Of a DNA stretch of 64,000 bases, positions 51,111-60,674 are shown piece after piece. The notes beneath the pieces were generated by a model, which saw only the letters and a program-made list of their open reading frames with translations, did not search any database and had not been told where the DNA came from. The position numbers and the translations under genes are program-made. Each line of letters begins with the position of its first letter. Positions within the stretch are counted from its first letter, which is position 1. The stretch is from an uncultured bacterium (lineage in GTDB: Bacteria > Zixibacteria > MSB-5A5 > CAIYYT01), in the NCBI GenBank assembly GCA_963726455.1, contig CAVSCK010000005.1, positions 1-64,000 on the forward strand, read 5' to 3'.

Positions 51111-53413
51111 GCAGATGTACAAATACAATACTGGGCGACAAGCTGTACGCTTACGAAGTCGGAATGCTCACTGATGATGACCGTCGGGAAATTGAAATAC
51201 ACCTGCTGGAGTGTCCATATTGCCATGAGAGGGTGCTACAGTTCCAGGAAGCAGCTACTCTGCTTAGGTACGATCCTGATGTTCGCGAGACCATCGGCGA
51301 ACTCGCGGAAGGATATTCGGGTGCAGAGTCGCAGGCAATCGCAGTAACAGTAACGAGGAAGCGCCGGATTACGTTGATTCCAGCCAGTGTAGCGGCGGCG
51401 GCGTTGCTCTTGTTTCTTATACTCAAACCTTGGCAAATCGAATTCAAGTCATCAAAGGAGGCTGTCGCCGCGGAAAATCGCTTAGCGATTGTGAGCTTCA
51501 ACAACCTCGTTGAACCTACCGATAGCCAGAAAATCGGAGAAATAACAGCCAATCTCCTGACAGCCAGTCTATCGGAGTCGCATTCGCTGCAGGTCGTCTC
51601 CAGCCAAAGGATTCATGATATTCTGAAACTGCTGGGCAAGGAAGAAACAGGGATCGTTAATCGGCAACTGGCTTCGGAGGTGGCAGCTGCGGCACGGGCT
51701 CGGTGGATAGTAACGGGGAGCATTGTTCAGATGAGGCCGCGCCTTATTGTCTCAGCGCAGGTGGCAGATGTATCAACCGGCACCATCGTCGGTTCGCAGA
51801 GCGTAACAGCCGACAGTACGGAAACCATTTTCGCGATCGCCGACAAATTAGCCATTGGCATAAAGCGTGACCTCAGACTCCCGGGACATTTGCCACAGGA
51901 AGGTCCGTCCGTGGCAGATGTCACTACCCATTCTGCCGAAGCTTATTATCACTATATCCGAGGGGTCGACTACTATTACAAACAGTACGAAAGTGAAGCG
52001 GTGGAGTGTTTCGAGAAGGCGCTGCACTGCGATTCCTCCTTCGCTATGGCTTACTATTACCTGGCGGCGCTTGATTTCACTTCACGGCGGGATTCGTTGA
52101 TGTCCAGGGCAGTTGCCTTTGCCGACAAGGCGACTTGGAAGGAGCAGCATTATATTCGCAGCGGTGCAGCCCTCATGTCAGGGGATTTCAGTGGAGCAGC
52201 GACGGAGTTGCGTCAGTTGCTCGCGCGGTACCCCGACGAAAAAAGTGGATGGTACCGATTAGGTGCGTGTCAGTACTATCAGCAACATTTCCAAGAAGCG
52301 ATTACATCCTTCGATTCCGCACTGGCACTAGATTCGTTGTACAAGGAGCCGTACAATTTCCTCGCTTATGCCTACGATCGGATAGGTAATGCCGAAATGT
52401 CTATCCTGGCGATCAACAAGTACATCGCGCTGGCGCCGGAGCAAGCCAGCCCATACAACTCGCGCGGTGACCTCTGTGCCCTCAATGGTCGCTTGGATGA
52501 CGCCATTCGGTCTTATCAGAGAGCGCTGGAAATCAAGCCTGACTTCTGGCAATCACTGGATGCACTTGGGATCATGTCTGTCTTCAAGGGTGACTATCCC
52601 CAAGCAGAGAGTTGTTTCCAGGCATTGAGTCGGGTCGGTGACAAAGTCTTCCGCGCCGCAGCCCGAAATGATCAGGCTTACGTTCTGATCCATCAGGGTA
52701 GATTCCAGCAAACTCTCAACTTCCTGCGAGGCGCCATTTCGCAGGACTTGAGTGAAGGCCTAGCGGAGTGTGCCAATTACAAGCGCCTCATGATGGCTCT
52801 CGCCTATGCCGAACAGGGGAGACTGGACAAAGGTATCAGCGAGCTCGGTGACTATGTTGCCTCAACGACCTCTCCGAGCGAGCTGCAGTATTATCCTCTA
52901 GACGTCAGGCTGTTGACCGATTCAGGCGATACAGCAGCGGCGGCCGTGGTCGTGGAAAAATTGCTCTCGGAACTGAAGAATGCCAACGCCGACTCTTCTC
53001 TCTTTTGGTGTGCTACAGGATTCATGGAAGAGGCGCGCGGCCGAACAGGCTCGGCGCTGTCGTTTCTGGAAAAGTCAACTCGGGAATCTAGAGGCTTCCT
53101 TGCCAACTACAATCTAGCTTTGGCCTACCTGAACACCAAGAGGTTGGGGGACGCCGTTGCCGGATTTGAGAAATTGACCTCGGTCTACACTCCCCAACGT
53201 CTCCTTTATGGAACGTACAACGTCAAAGTACACTACTACCTGGGCATCGCTTACGAAGAATCAAATTGGAACGAGAAAGCAATTGAGCAATACCAAATGT
53301 TCCTCAATATCTGGAAGAACGCTGACCCGGGTATTGGAGCCGTCACGGATGCCAAAGCGCGCCTAGCCAGACTCATATCCCCGTCTCGTACTTCGCCGCA
53401 CTCTTCCCTCTAG
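51107..53413 (+). CDS. Putative zinc-finger (zf-HC2/ZAS) anti-sigma factor with TM, TolB-N/CsgG-like domain and TPRs
   Basis: HLLECPYC (HxxxCxxC), TM, RLAIVSFNN, many TPRs, C-terminal WKNADPG; overlaps the sigma gene by 4 bp. Confidence 0.82.
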   Translation: MSRCTNTILGDKLYAYEVGMLTDDDRREIEIHLLECPYCHERVLQFQEAATLLRYDPDVRETIGELAEGYSGAESQAIAVTVTRKRRITLIPASVAAAALLLFLILKPWQIEFKSSKEAVAAENRLAIVSFNNLVEPTDSQKIGEITANLLTASLSESHSLQVVSSQRIHDILKLLGKEETGIVNRQLASEVAAAARARWIVTGSIVQMRPRLIVSAQVADVSTGTIVGSQSVTADSTETIFAIADKLAIGIKRDLRLPGHLPQEGPSVADVTTHSAEAYYHYIRGVDYYYKQYESEAVECFEKALHCDSSFAMAYYYLAALDFTSRRDSLMSRAVAFADKATWKEQHYIRSGAALMSGDFSGAATELRQLLARYPDEKSGWYRLGACQYYQQHFQEAITSFDSALALDSLYKEPYNFLAYAYDRIGNAEMSILAINKYIALAPEQASPYNSRGDLCALNGRLDDAIRSYQRALEIKPDFWQSLDALGIMSVFKGDYPQAESCFQALSRVGDKVFRAAARNDQAYVLIHQGRFQQTLNFLRGAISQDLSEGLAECANYKRLMMALAYAEQGRLDKGISELGDYVASTTSPSELQYYPLDVRLLTDSGDTAAAAVVVEKLLSELKNANADSSLFWCATGFMEEARGRTGSALSFLEKSTRESRGFLANYNLALAYLNTKRLGDAVAGFEKLTSVYTPQRLLYGTYNVKVHYYLGIAYEESNWNEKAIEQYQMFLNIWKNADPGIGAVTDAKARLARLISPSRTSPHSSL

Positions 53414-53529
53414 AGAAATGAGTGGAGCGCTGAAAGAGGCAAACTGACCCACTACTCGCGTAAGACGATCTGGACGATCCGTATCGCTAAGGGAGCACTT
53501 GCGTGACGAGAAGGTTGAACTTTCCGCCG

Positions 53530-53726
53530 TTGTCCCTCGTTGTCCCTTTTTGACCTCGAAATGTCCCTGGAGGACAACTCTAACCAGAAAACGCTGCGTG
53601 CGTCTAACTGTGCCATTATCGCCTACTTACGGCGAATACAATGCCTCATTTCGGAGCTAAATTACCTCTAACTAGCCCTTTTCAGAGTTTTTCAATTTTG
53701 GTACAATTGGGGACAACTGGGGACAA
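53530..53726. repeat. TTGTCCC-array element, copy B (complete, inverted arms)
   Basis: Left arm motifs at 53530, 53540, 53550, 53561; inverted TGGTACAA, GGGGACAA, GGGGACAA at 53699, 53709, 53719. Confidence 0.78.
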
Positions 53727-53850
53727 TGTGGTCAAACGGAGCGAAGTAGCAGCTATGCTTCGGATACGGAGCTTTCTTTCTTGGATTGGAACTTATCGCA
53801 TGCAGAATATAGATTTGTCGGTTGGGTGGGCTTCAGACTGAGGAGTAAAC

Positions 53851-54432
53851 GTGCGGAATCCAAAGCTCGAAGAATCGTCACAACCTCCCGAGAATACGAT
53901 GCAGTTCCGGCCTTTCGAATTTGTCTTCTTCAGGAACATGCGTGCTGAGACAATAGTTCATTCAGAGAGAAGCAGACTGCTCTATACTCAGAAATCGATG
54001 CTAGGGATCGTCATGATTGGGTGGGGAGTGTTGATAGGTTCTATGTTCATTAAGCATCCGTCGATAGAGGCGTTCGCGTTTGGTATTGTGCCGCTGCTAC
54101 TTGGCCTGGGCGTGTTCTGGCAGAGCTTGTTCACCTCAATTTATCTATGTGACACTTATGTGATGGATGGTATTCTCTTGTGGAAGGGAGTGTGTGCATT
54201 CTCCACCGCTATTCCCTATGAGAAGATAGTCAAAGTGACCGTAGTGCAGAAGGGCTACCTGTTTTGCCGAATGTCTATCTCAACTAAAGGAGAAGACGCC
54301 ACAAAGATAGTTGTCCACAAAGATAGCTTATCCGACTTTACGGAAATTCTTTGGACGCTTCGCGATAAAATCGACAAGTCAGCATTTAGCAGCGAAGCGC
54401 TGGCGATAGGGAGTATTGATCGGGTAACATGA
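53851..54432 (+). CDS. Hypothetical membrane protein (two TMs plus a PH-like tail)
   Basis: GAGGAG RBS; two hydrophobic helices followed by IPYEKIVKV. Confidence 0.55.
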   Translation: MRNPKLEESSQPPENTMQFRPFEFVFFRNMRAETIVHSERSRLLYTQKSMLGIVMIGWGVLIGSMFIKHPSIEAFAFGIVPLLLGLGVFWQSLFTSIYLCDTYVMDGILLWKGVCAFSTAIPYEKIVKVTVVQKGYLFCRMSISTKGEDATKIVVHKDSLSDFTEILWTLRDKIDKSAFSSEALAIGSIDRVT

Positions 54433-54529
54433 AGTTCGATTGAAACTCTCGGTGGTCTCCTTGTGATACAGAGGAAGTTCACCTCCAATGACAGAGAACA
54501 ACATGCCTGTGATAAGTAATGGACCCCTT

Positions 54530-54715
54530 CCTGTTCCGGCAGGTCCTGCGCCGCACCTGTCTTCGTCTTACACCCGCTTACTCTTGTCATTCCCGCGTAG
54601 GTGGGAATGACATGGCCGAGCAGGGTTTTCGTCAGGAAAGGGTTCCTGACGGCGCAGAGAACGCGGGCACGTAACAAGATATTTCCACGGGCGGTCGAAA
54701 TCGAAACAAGATCCG
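54530..54715. repeat. REP-like palindrome mosaic
   Basis: GTCATTCCCGCGTAGGTGGGAATGAC (54586) and GTCAGGAAAGGGTTCCTGACGGCGC (54631). Confidence 0.7.
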
Positions 54716-55504
54716 TCAAGCAAAGATGATTGCGCGCATCGATAAGGAAGATAGGTCGAAGCCGGTGATTGGGAAGGTGACGCGATCGGATTTGTCGGAA
54801 GCGCCGAAGGCATAGAGCAGCGGCATATAATGATCGGGAGTGGGATGCGAGATGTGGCCGGATTTGGTGTCGAGTGCGCCAACCAGGAAATCGGCGTCGT
54901 ACTGCTCGACAGCACGCGCGATGTCGGTATCGAACGAATTCGCCCAGTCGGGAGTTGACAGGTCGTGCCGCTCGAAGCTTAACATGGCATGCCAGAGATT
55001 GTGAACGATGTTGCCACTGCCCATGATCAACACGCCCTCATCACGCAGCGGCGACAATGCGCGGCCGATGGCAAGATGATCGGCGGGTCCCCCGCGAGTG
55101 TTGATGCTCAATTGGACGACGGGATGATCGGCCTCGGGGTAAAGATGATGCAAGACCGACCAAGTACCATGGTCGATGCCCCAATCGTAACTGAGGGATG
55201 CCTGCTTCGTGCCGATGAGTTTGACGACGCGGCCGGCAAGATCAACATCACCGGCAGCCGGATACTTCATCTCGTAAAGCGTCTGCGGGAAGCCGCCAAA
55301 GTCATGAATGGTCTCAGGGTGTTGGTTGCCGGTCAGGTAAGTGCCGGGGACAAACCAGTGCGCGGAAATCGACAGGATCGCGCGCGGTGTGGGCAACAGT
55401 GTCGCGAGTGATTTGAAGGCGCGGCTCCATTGGTTGTCCTCGATGGCGTTCATCGGCGAGCCATGGCCGACAAATAAGACGGGCATGCGAGAGGAATCTG
55501 GCAT
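54716..55504 (-). CDS. ygiD: 4,5-DOPA extradiol dioxygenase (YgiD/LigB family)
   Basis: PVLFVGHGSPMNA, SAHW, TIHDFGGFP, DHGTW, GSGNIVHNL, SHPTPDHYMPL. Confidence 0.93.
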   Translation of the reverse strand: MPDSSRMPVLFVGHGSPMNAIEDNQWSRAFKSLATLLPTPRAILSISAHWFVPGTYLTGNQHPETIHDFGGFPQTLYEMKYPAAGDVDLAGRVVKLIGTKQASLSYDWGIDHGTWSVLHHLYPEADHPVVQLSINTRGGPADHLAIGRALSPLRDEGVLIMGSGNIVHNLWHAMLSFERHDLSTPDWANSFDTDIARAVEQYDADFLVGALDTKSGHISHPTPDHYMPLLYAFGASDKSDRVTFPITGFDLSSLSMRAIIFA

Positions 55505-55659
55505 CGTGAACCTCCTCAAGGGATACGCTCAATGAAGACAAAGTATGGGCGAGCGGAATCGAAGTTGTTCGTATGAGCACGCGAGGATGCAGGTTTCTCG
55601 TCCCGTGGTGTACCGGAGGCGTGTCGAAAGGTAAGGGCGGAAGTGGCATTGAGGCATGG

Positions 55660-55985
55660 GACTCGAAACGCCGACCTAAAACCATTGACATGAAGGACGG
55701 TATCTACGAATTCAGCCGTCAGGAAGGGATTCCAGACGGCGCGGTTCTTGACCTCGCACGAAACCCACCGCAAGCGGATGAAGCACTCGGCGACAAGCTC
55801 CCTTCGACAAACGGCAGGCACGTCTGGCGAGATAATGACACCATCAGGAAAGGGTTCCTGACGGCGCGGAGTCATTGCGCCGCACGGGGACTTACGCCGC
55901 GCACAGTTCAGGCCTGGATTCTCGCCTTCGCGGCAATGACAACGCAACGAAGGTCAAAATCGAAGCGGTCTTGGCCTACGCAATG
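55660..55985. repeat. REP-like palindrome mosaic
   Basis: CCGTCAGGAAGGGATTCCAGACGGCGC, TCAGGAAAGGGTTCCTGACGGCGC, CTGGATTCTCGCCTTCGCGGCAATGAC, GTCAAAATCGAAGCGGTCTTGGC. Confidence 0.72.
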
Positions 55986-56020
55986 TGACGGACGGCGACA
56001 CAAATCGCGGAGTATCAGAA

Positions 56021-57922
56021 TTACTTCCGATCCACCTTGACGGTCTTTGGTTCAGGACGCTCGGGGATACGCTGCGAGGCAGACTTCGCCGTATTGTCCC
56101 GCAACGCCTGTTGTTTGGCGCGGTCCTGTGGTGTCCGGTCCGGGTCATAGGTGACGCTCTGTTCCTCACCGAAGCCGTAAAGGGATGGATGCAGATAACG
56201 TCCCTTCTCGTTCGCACGCTTCTCTGGCTCAACTTGCAGCGGATGCGCCTGAGCGAATTTGTCCTGACGCACGCCGGTAACCTGCCAACTTACTTTGAGA
56301 CCGGGCGTGCCTCCGGCGACTTCAAACTGATTGTTATTGATTTCCGAAGCAACATAGACGGGCGCATAACCGCCGACACAGGTCAACTGATAGCGGAAGT
56401 CGCCATTCAATGATTGAAACCAATCGGGCAGTTGGATGGTTGCTTTGCCGCCGGCATTGAGCACGACCACGCCATCATAGATATTCTTCATCTCCGACGA
56501 CTCGACCGAGCTGTGCTCCAGGTAGCGATTGGCCGGGTCAAGTGGGTGGTCGATCTTAAAACCGCCGGCAGATTTGACCACAGTTCCGGTGACATTGACG
56601 TCGCCTTGAAAATACCCTGCCCAATTGGTTGTGCCCCACGCGGCAGATGCGAAGACTCCAATGTTCATTCCGGCTCCGTTGGCCTCAGAGTAGAGACCGT
56701 AATTGAGGCCACTGCCACCGCTCACTTTGCTGCCCACACCAAAGTAAGTAAGGCCTCCGGTTGGATTTACGGAGGCAGCAACTCCTTCATATCCGCCCTC
56801 GAAGGCCCCTCCGATGCCGAAGTAGTCCGCAGGTTTTGAGTAGCCATTGACGGCGATGTGATCGGCGAGAAACGAACCGGCGTATTTGGCGTCGATGACT
56901 GTCGACAATCCGATCGTCCAGTTATGGATTCGAATTTCGCCGTGTTAGGTCCGTTCCCCATGCATTCCAGGACAGTTTCACCGGCAACGATGCGGCAGTC
57001 CCGTTAGCGGCATATGCCGTCATCGCGAGCCCTGAGTCCGCGTGTTGATTGCGAGAAGATGGCCCCGTAGTCTTTACTGACTGTGCAAACCAGCCAGCAA
57101 TCGATGGCTCTTCGGTGGAGGACGCGTACAGGGCGCAAAGAGGCCATGCGGGGCACCATTGAAGTTTGCCGTTGTGGAAAGTGCAGGTGTTTGACCGGAG
57201 TTTGACACTTCCAGAGTGGGGCGATCAGGAGAGTCACTCGTGCTCGTAAATCTGCCTCCCTTTGTTCACCGGTAGTGACCACCTCAAGTTTGGCGTTGGG
57301 ATTCGGAGTGCCGATGCCAACGCTATCAGCGTTAGTGGTGTGTGTAAACGATCGAGCCGGAATCCGTCCAGCCGGAACTAGCGCCAGTCAAATCTGTCGC
57401 CGCGGTCCATGCACCTCTCTGCCACTTGATCACATCTCCGTCTGCCGCTCCATTAGCGCCGAGATCCTCAAACAGAATCGAGCCGTTTACGATCTTGGCG
57501 CTGTTGACCGTGTTGTCGGCGATGGAACTGGCCAGGTCGGCGGTTTTCGCAGTAAAGGCGTAACCGGAAGTCGTAAAGCGATGGCGCGGGGTCAATTCGG
57601 GATCGGGAGGAAGCGTAATTCCCAGGCATAGGGTTGTATCGTTTTGCCAATACTCAGTCGGCAATGGCGGTTGAGGGGATTGTCCCAACTCGACGGAGAA
57701 CAGGCCTTCAGTCAGCACAACACTAATTGTGCCGGAAGACCAAAGTGGAGCGCCGCCTCCGTTATAGATGGTGAAGATCATATTCTTGGGGCCGTTAGAA
57801 GGTGCTCCTCCGGAAGTCAGTTTGCCCTGATAGGACATGATACGCGGCACTTCCGCCAGGACGAATGGAGACGTCAGAATGATTATCATCCAAATTGCTG
57901 CCAGTTTCCCAGTGAATCTCAT
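56021..57922 (-). CDS. Secreted fibre-like protein with Gly-rich beta repeats and a conserved C-terminal domain; frameshifted
   Basis: Signal peptide plus VPRIMSYQGKL...GLFSVELG; VNSAKIVNGSI; VGIGTPNPNAKLEV; FKIDHPLDPANRYLEHSSVES...VSWQVTGVRQD. Confidence 0.7.
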
Positions 57923-57965
57923 GGTTCCTGCTCCTCTATAAGGTATCTGTGAAAGTTTGATTCCG

Positions 57966-57981
57966 TACAAATGCGGTGCCA
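57966..57981 (-). promoter_or_regulatory. Possible sigma-54 promoter
   Basis: Minus strand TGGCAC-CGCAT-TTGTA with correct spacing but C-to-T at -12; ~45 bp upstream of the ATG at 57922. Confidence 0.4.
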
Positions 57982-58177
57982 GTGTCGATCACGATGGCAA
58001 ATAGAAACGCGCAGACGGCTTAGTAGCCACGCACCGCTTTAATAGATGTAGTATCGACTACTTTCGAATCTTTCGTAAGATAACTTCTTTGGTATTATTG
58101 TCAATGATTAACTAGGACACCGTCGGAGCACGCGCCTAACTTCGTCGTGCGCAAGGCCTGACACAACCGGAATAATT

Positions 58178-58245
58178 CTGGATTCCCATCTGCGTGGGAA
58201 TGACAACGCAACGAATGTCAAGACCAAGGCGGTATTGACCTGCAT
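58178..58245. repeat. REP-like palindrome pair
   Basis: CTGGATTCCCATCTGCGTGGGAATGACAACGCAACGA followed by GTCAAGACCAAGGCGGTATTGAC; same order as at 55914-55980. Confidence 0.7.
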
Positions 58246-58424
58246 GTAAACTGGAGTATATCTGTCCGCGATACGAAGTCATTCCGCAAACATGGACTTA
58301 GGCGAAGGCGTAGAATTTCAGGAACACTATTCAACAATTCACAGCTTCGAAATGAACATCGTAACGAAGTCTTAGAAGTTTACTGGTGATACTTTTCACA
58401 AACATTAGAAAAAGGAGCTAGACG

Positions 58425-59774
58425 ATGTGGAAGACAGTTGTTATTGTCTCAGCGCTCATCCTTCTGCTTGCAGCCGCACTGCCCGCCCAGAATCGTATCA
58501 TGATTGCCTGGAATGATCTGGGGATGCATTGCGCCAATAAGGATTTTACCACGTTCGTGGTGCTGCCGCCATTCAACAACGTACATGCACAGGTAATCAA
58601 GGTTGGTGACGCCGTCAACTTGCCGGTCGTCGAGACCGCAAATTTGCACATCACGTATGAGATTCCCGGCAATACGTATTCGGTCGGCAAGACGAATTTC
58701 TGGGACTATGCGTTCCACCTGTTCGGTGTACATCTTGGACCAGATACCGGTCTCGCCGGAAATTCATTGACCGGACAGTTGACAGCCACTGACAATTACT
58801 GGACGGTCACCGGCATACCCCTAACACCTTACACTGATGCCGATCTCGTTAATGAGCATCCCTTTCAACTGGGCCTTCTGAAAGTATATGACCAGTCGAA
58901 TCAGCTTCTGGCGACAACGCAGCCGGTGATTCCGGTGTCGAACGAAATCAATTGCGTCGGTTCCGGCTGTCACGCCAGCGCTCAGGCGATACTCAACCAA
59001 CATGATGCCGAGGGCGGATTCAATCCGGCCAATGCCCCGATTCTGTGCGCGTCGTGTCATTCCTCTAACGCGCTGGGTACGCCCGGTCAACCCGGACTTC
59101 CATCGCTGTCACAGGTTGTGCACGAACACCACGGCGGCATCACCAACGATTGCTATAAATGCCATCCCGGACCGAATACGCAGTGCCTGCGCGACATCAT
59201 GTCGACGAAGCACGGGATGGTGTGTCAGGATTGTCACGGCAGTGTGACCAACGTCGGGCAAAGCATCGCCAACGGCCGCATTCCCTGGTTGCAGGAACCG
59301 TCCTGCGGAGCGACGACCTGCCATGGCGCGAATTTTGCCGAGGAACCGGGCAAGCTTTTTCGCCAGTCACGCGGGCACGGCGGACTGTTCTGCAGCGCCT
59401 GCCACGGCGAGCCGCATGCCATTGTCACCAGCCGCGTCGCGAACGACAATGTTCAGCAGATCGCATTGCAGGGTCATTCGGGCACGTTGAGCAAGTGCGA
59501 AGTTTGCCATGGTGTGGTGCCGACCGGCGCGGGGCCTCACGGTATCCTTGCCTCGAGCTGTCAATGCGGGGACGCCAACGGCGATCTGGCAATTGACATT
59601 TCGGATGCGGTGTTCCTGATCCAGTACATCTTTGCGTCAGGAGTGGCGCCCGGTTTTTGCGTCTATCACAACGGATTGGGTGATGCCAATGGAGATGGGT
59701 CGATTGACATATCCGATGCGGTGTACCTGATACAATACATTTTCGCGGGTGGAGCGGCGCCACATTGCATGTAG
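58425..59774 (+). CDS. Secreted multiheme cytochrome c with C-terminal dockerin-like domain
   Basis: Signal peptide; AWNDLGMHC; CASCH, CYKCH, CQDCH, CSACH, CEVCH plus CVGSGCH and CGATTCH; duplicated GDANGD...DISDAV tail. Confidence 0.9.
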   Translation: MWKTVVIVSALILLLAAALPAQNRIMIAWNDLGMHCANKDFTTFVVLPPFNNVHAQVIKVGDAVNLPVVETANLHITYEIPGNTYSVGKTNFWDYAFHLFGVHLGPDTGLAGNSLTGQLTATDNYWTVTGIPLTPYTDADLVNEHPFQLGLLKVYDQSNQLLATTQPVIPVSNEINCVGSGCHASAQAILNQHDAEGGFNPANAPILCASCHSSNALGTPGQPGLPSLSQVVHEHHGGITNDCYKCHPGPNTQCLRDIMSTKHGMVCQDCHGSVTNVGQSIANGRIPWLQEPSCGATTCHGANFAEEPGKLFRQSRGHGGLFCSACHGEPHAIVTSRVANDNVQQIALQGHSGTLSKCEVCHGVVPTGAGPHGILASSCQCGDANGDLAIDISDAVFLIQYIFASGVAPGFCVYHNGLGDANGDGSIDISDAVYLIQYIFAGGAAPHCM

Positions 59775-60117
59775 GATAGTGAGAATGTCGAAACCCCGGC
59801 GGCGAAATAGCACGGCGAACGAATTCCACAAGGGGTTTCAACCTACGAAACTGGCGGCAGGCGAGGACGACTGCCGAGCATAAGCCGTCAAAATCGAAGC
59901 GGTTTTGAGCTACGTGTCGAATCGGCCTGGATTCCCGCCTTCGCGGGAATGACATGGTGGGCGCGGGAATGACATAGTAGGCGCGGGAATGACATGTGGA
60001 GGGCGTACCCGGACTGGCGGCAGGCGAAGACGACTGCCGGGCACGGGGGTTAGGGAGTGCGGGGTGACACGGGCGCTACTTGTCGAAACAGAACACACCC
60101 CTTAGTCCCCTCTCAAG
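59771..60117. repeat. REP-like palindrome mosaic including a 3x 20-bp tandem repeat
   Basis: GGCAGGCGAGGACGACTGCC twice, GTCAAAATCGAAGCGGTTTTGA, CTGGATTCCCGCCTTCGCGGGAATGAC, and CGCGGGAATGACAT at 59942, 59962, 59982. Confidence 0.75.
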
Positions 60118-60252
60118 GGGAATCATATACAAAACAAACCCGAACGTTCCGTAAGTCACTCATTTTGAGCGGTTTATGTCAACCGTTGGAAATAACACCC
60201 AACAGGGAGCGGTGAACTCCCCGTTAGGGATAACGGCACGGAGATTTGTGAT

Positions 60253-60495
60253 ATGATAATAGATATTCACACAGTAGGAACCGCATTAACCAAGATCAGA
60301 AAACGAATAGAGGATACGTCACCGTGGGTTAAGGCGTCAGGATGTCAAAATGAGCAAGGGCACACAATTACCGGAACCCCAGAGCGTACTTATTGGCATT
60401 ATGGATACTTGGTTGCCCTGATGGACGTTGAGTGTTTACTAACGAATCAAAAACCGCGTGTTACCGCAGATGGCATACCGGGCACTCCCAATTAG
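60253..60495 (+). CDS. Small hypothetical passenger protein
   Basis: 80-aa ORF with GGAG RBS inside the IS; contains ERTYWHYGYLVALMDV. Confidence 0.55.
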   Translation: MIIDIHTVGTALTKIRKRIEDTSPWVKASGCQNEQGHTITGTPERTYWHYGYLVALMDVECLLTNQKPRVTADGIPGTPN

Positions 60496-60674
60496 AACCG
60501 TCAGAAGAAGAATCCTATTCTTCTTCAAAGTTGCCCTCTTTTTTCTCCCGGTTTCCCTTCCTATGGCATCATCACCACCGAAGCGGATAGCAACCGGGAA
60601 CTACCCGCCATCAGCAATATGGTGGCGGGAGCTATTACCGTCAACCAAACAGAGTACTTGAAAGTGAGAACGAT

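Noticed and set aside
55516-56040. ORFs 55573-56040 (+) and 55516-55947 (-), and similar short ORFs at 24457-25021
   Set aside because: They run through palindrome mosaics and translate repeat sequence, so they are probably spurious.
59942-59995. Three copies of CGCGGGAATGACAT as a mini CRISPR array
   Set aside because: Period is only 20 bp with 6-bp spacers, there are no cas genes, and the unit is half of a dispersed palindrome family.
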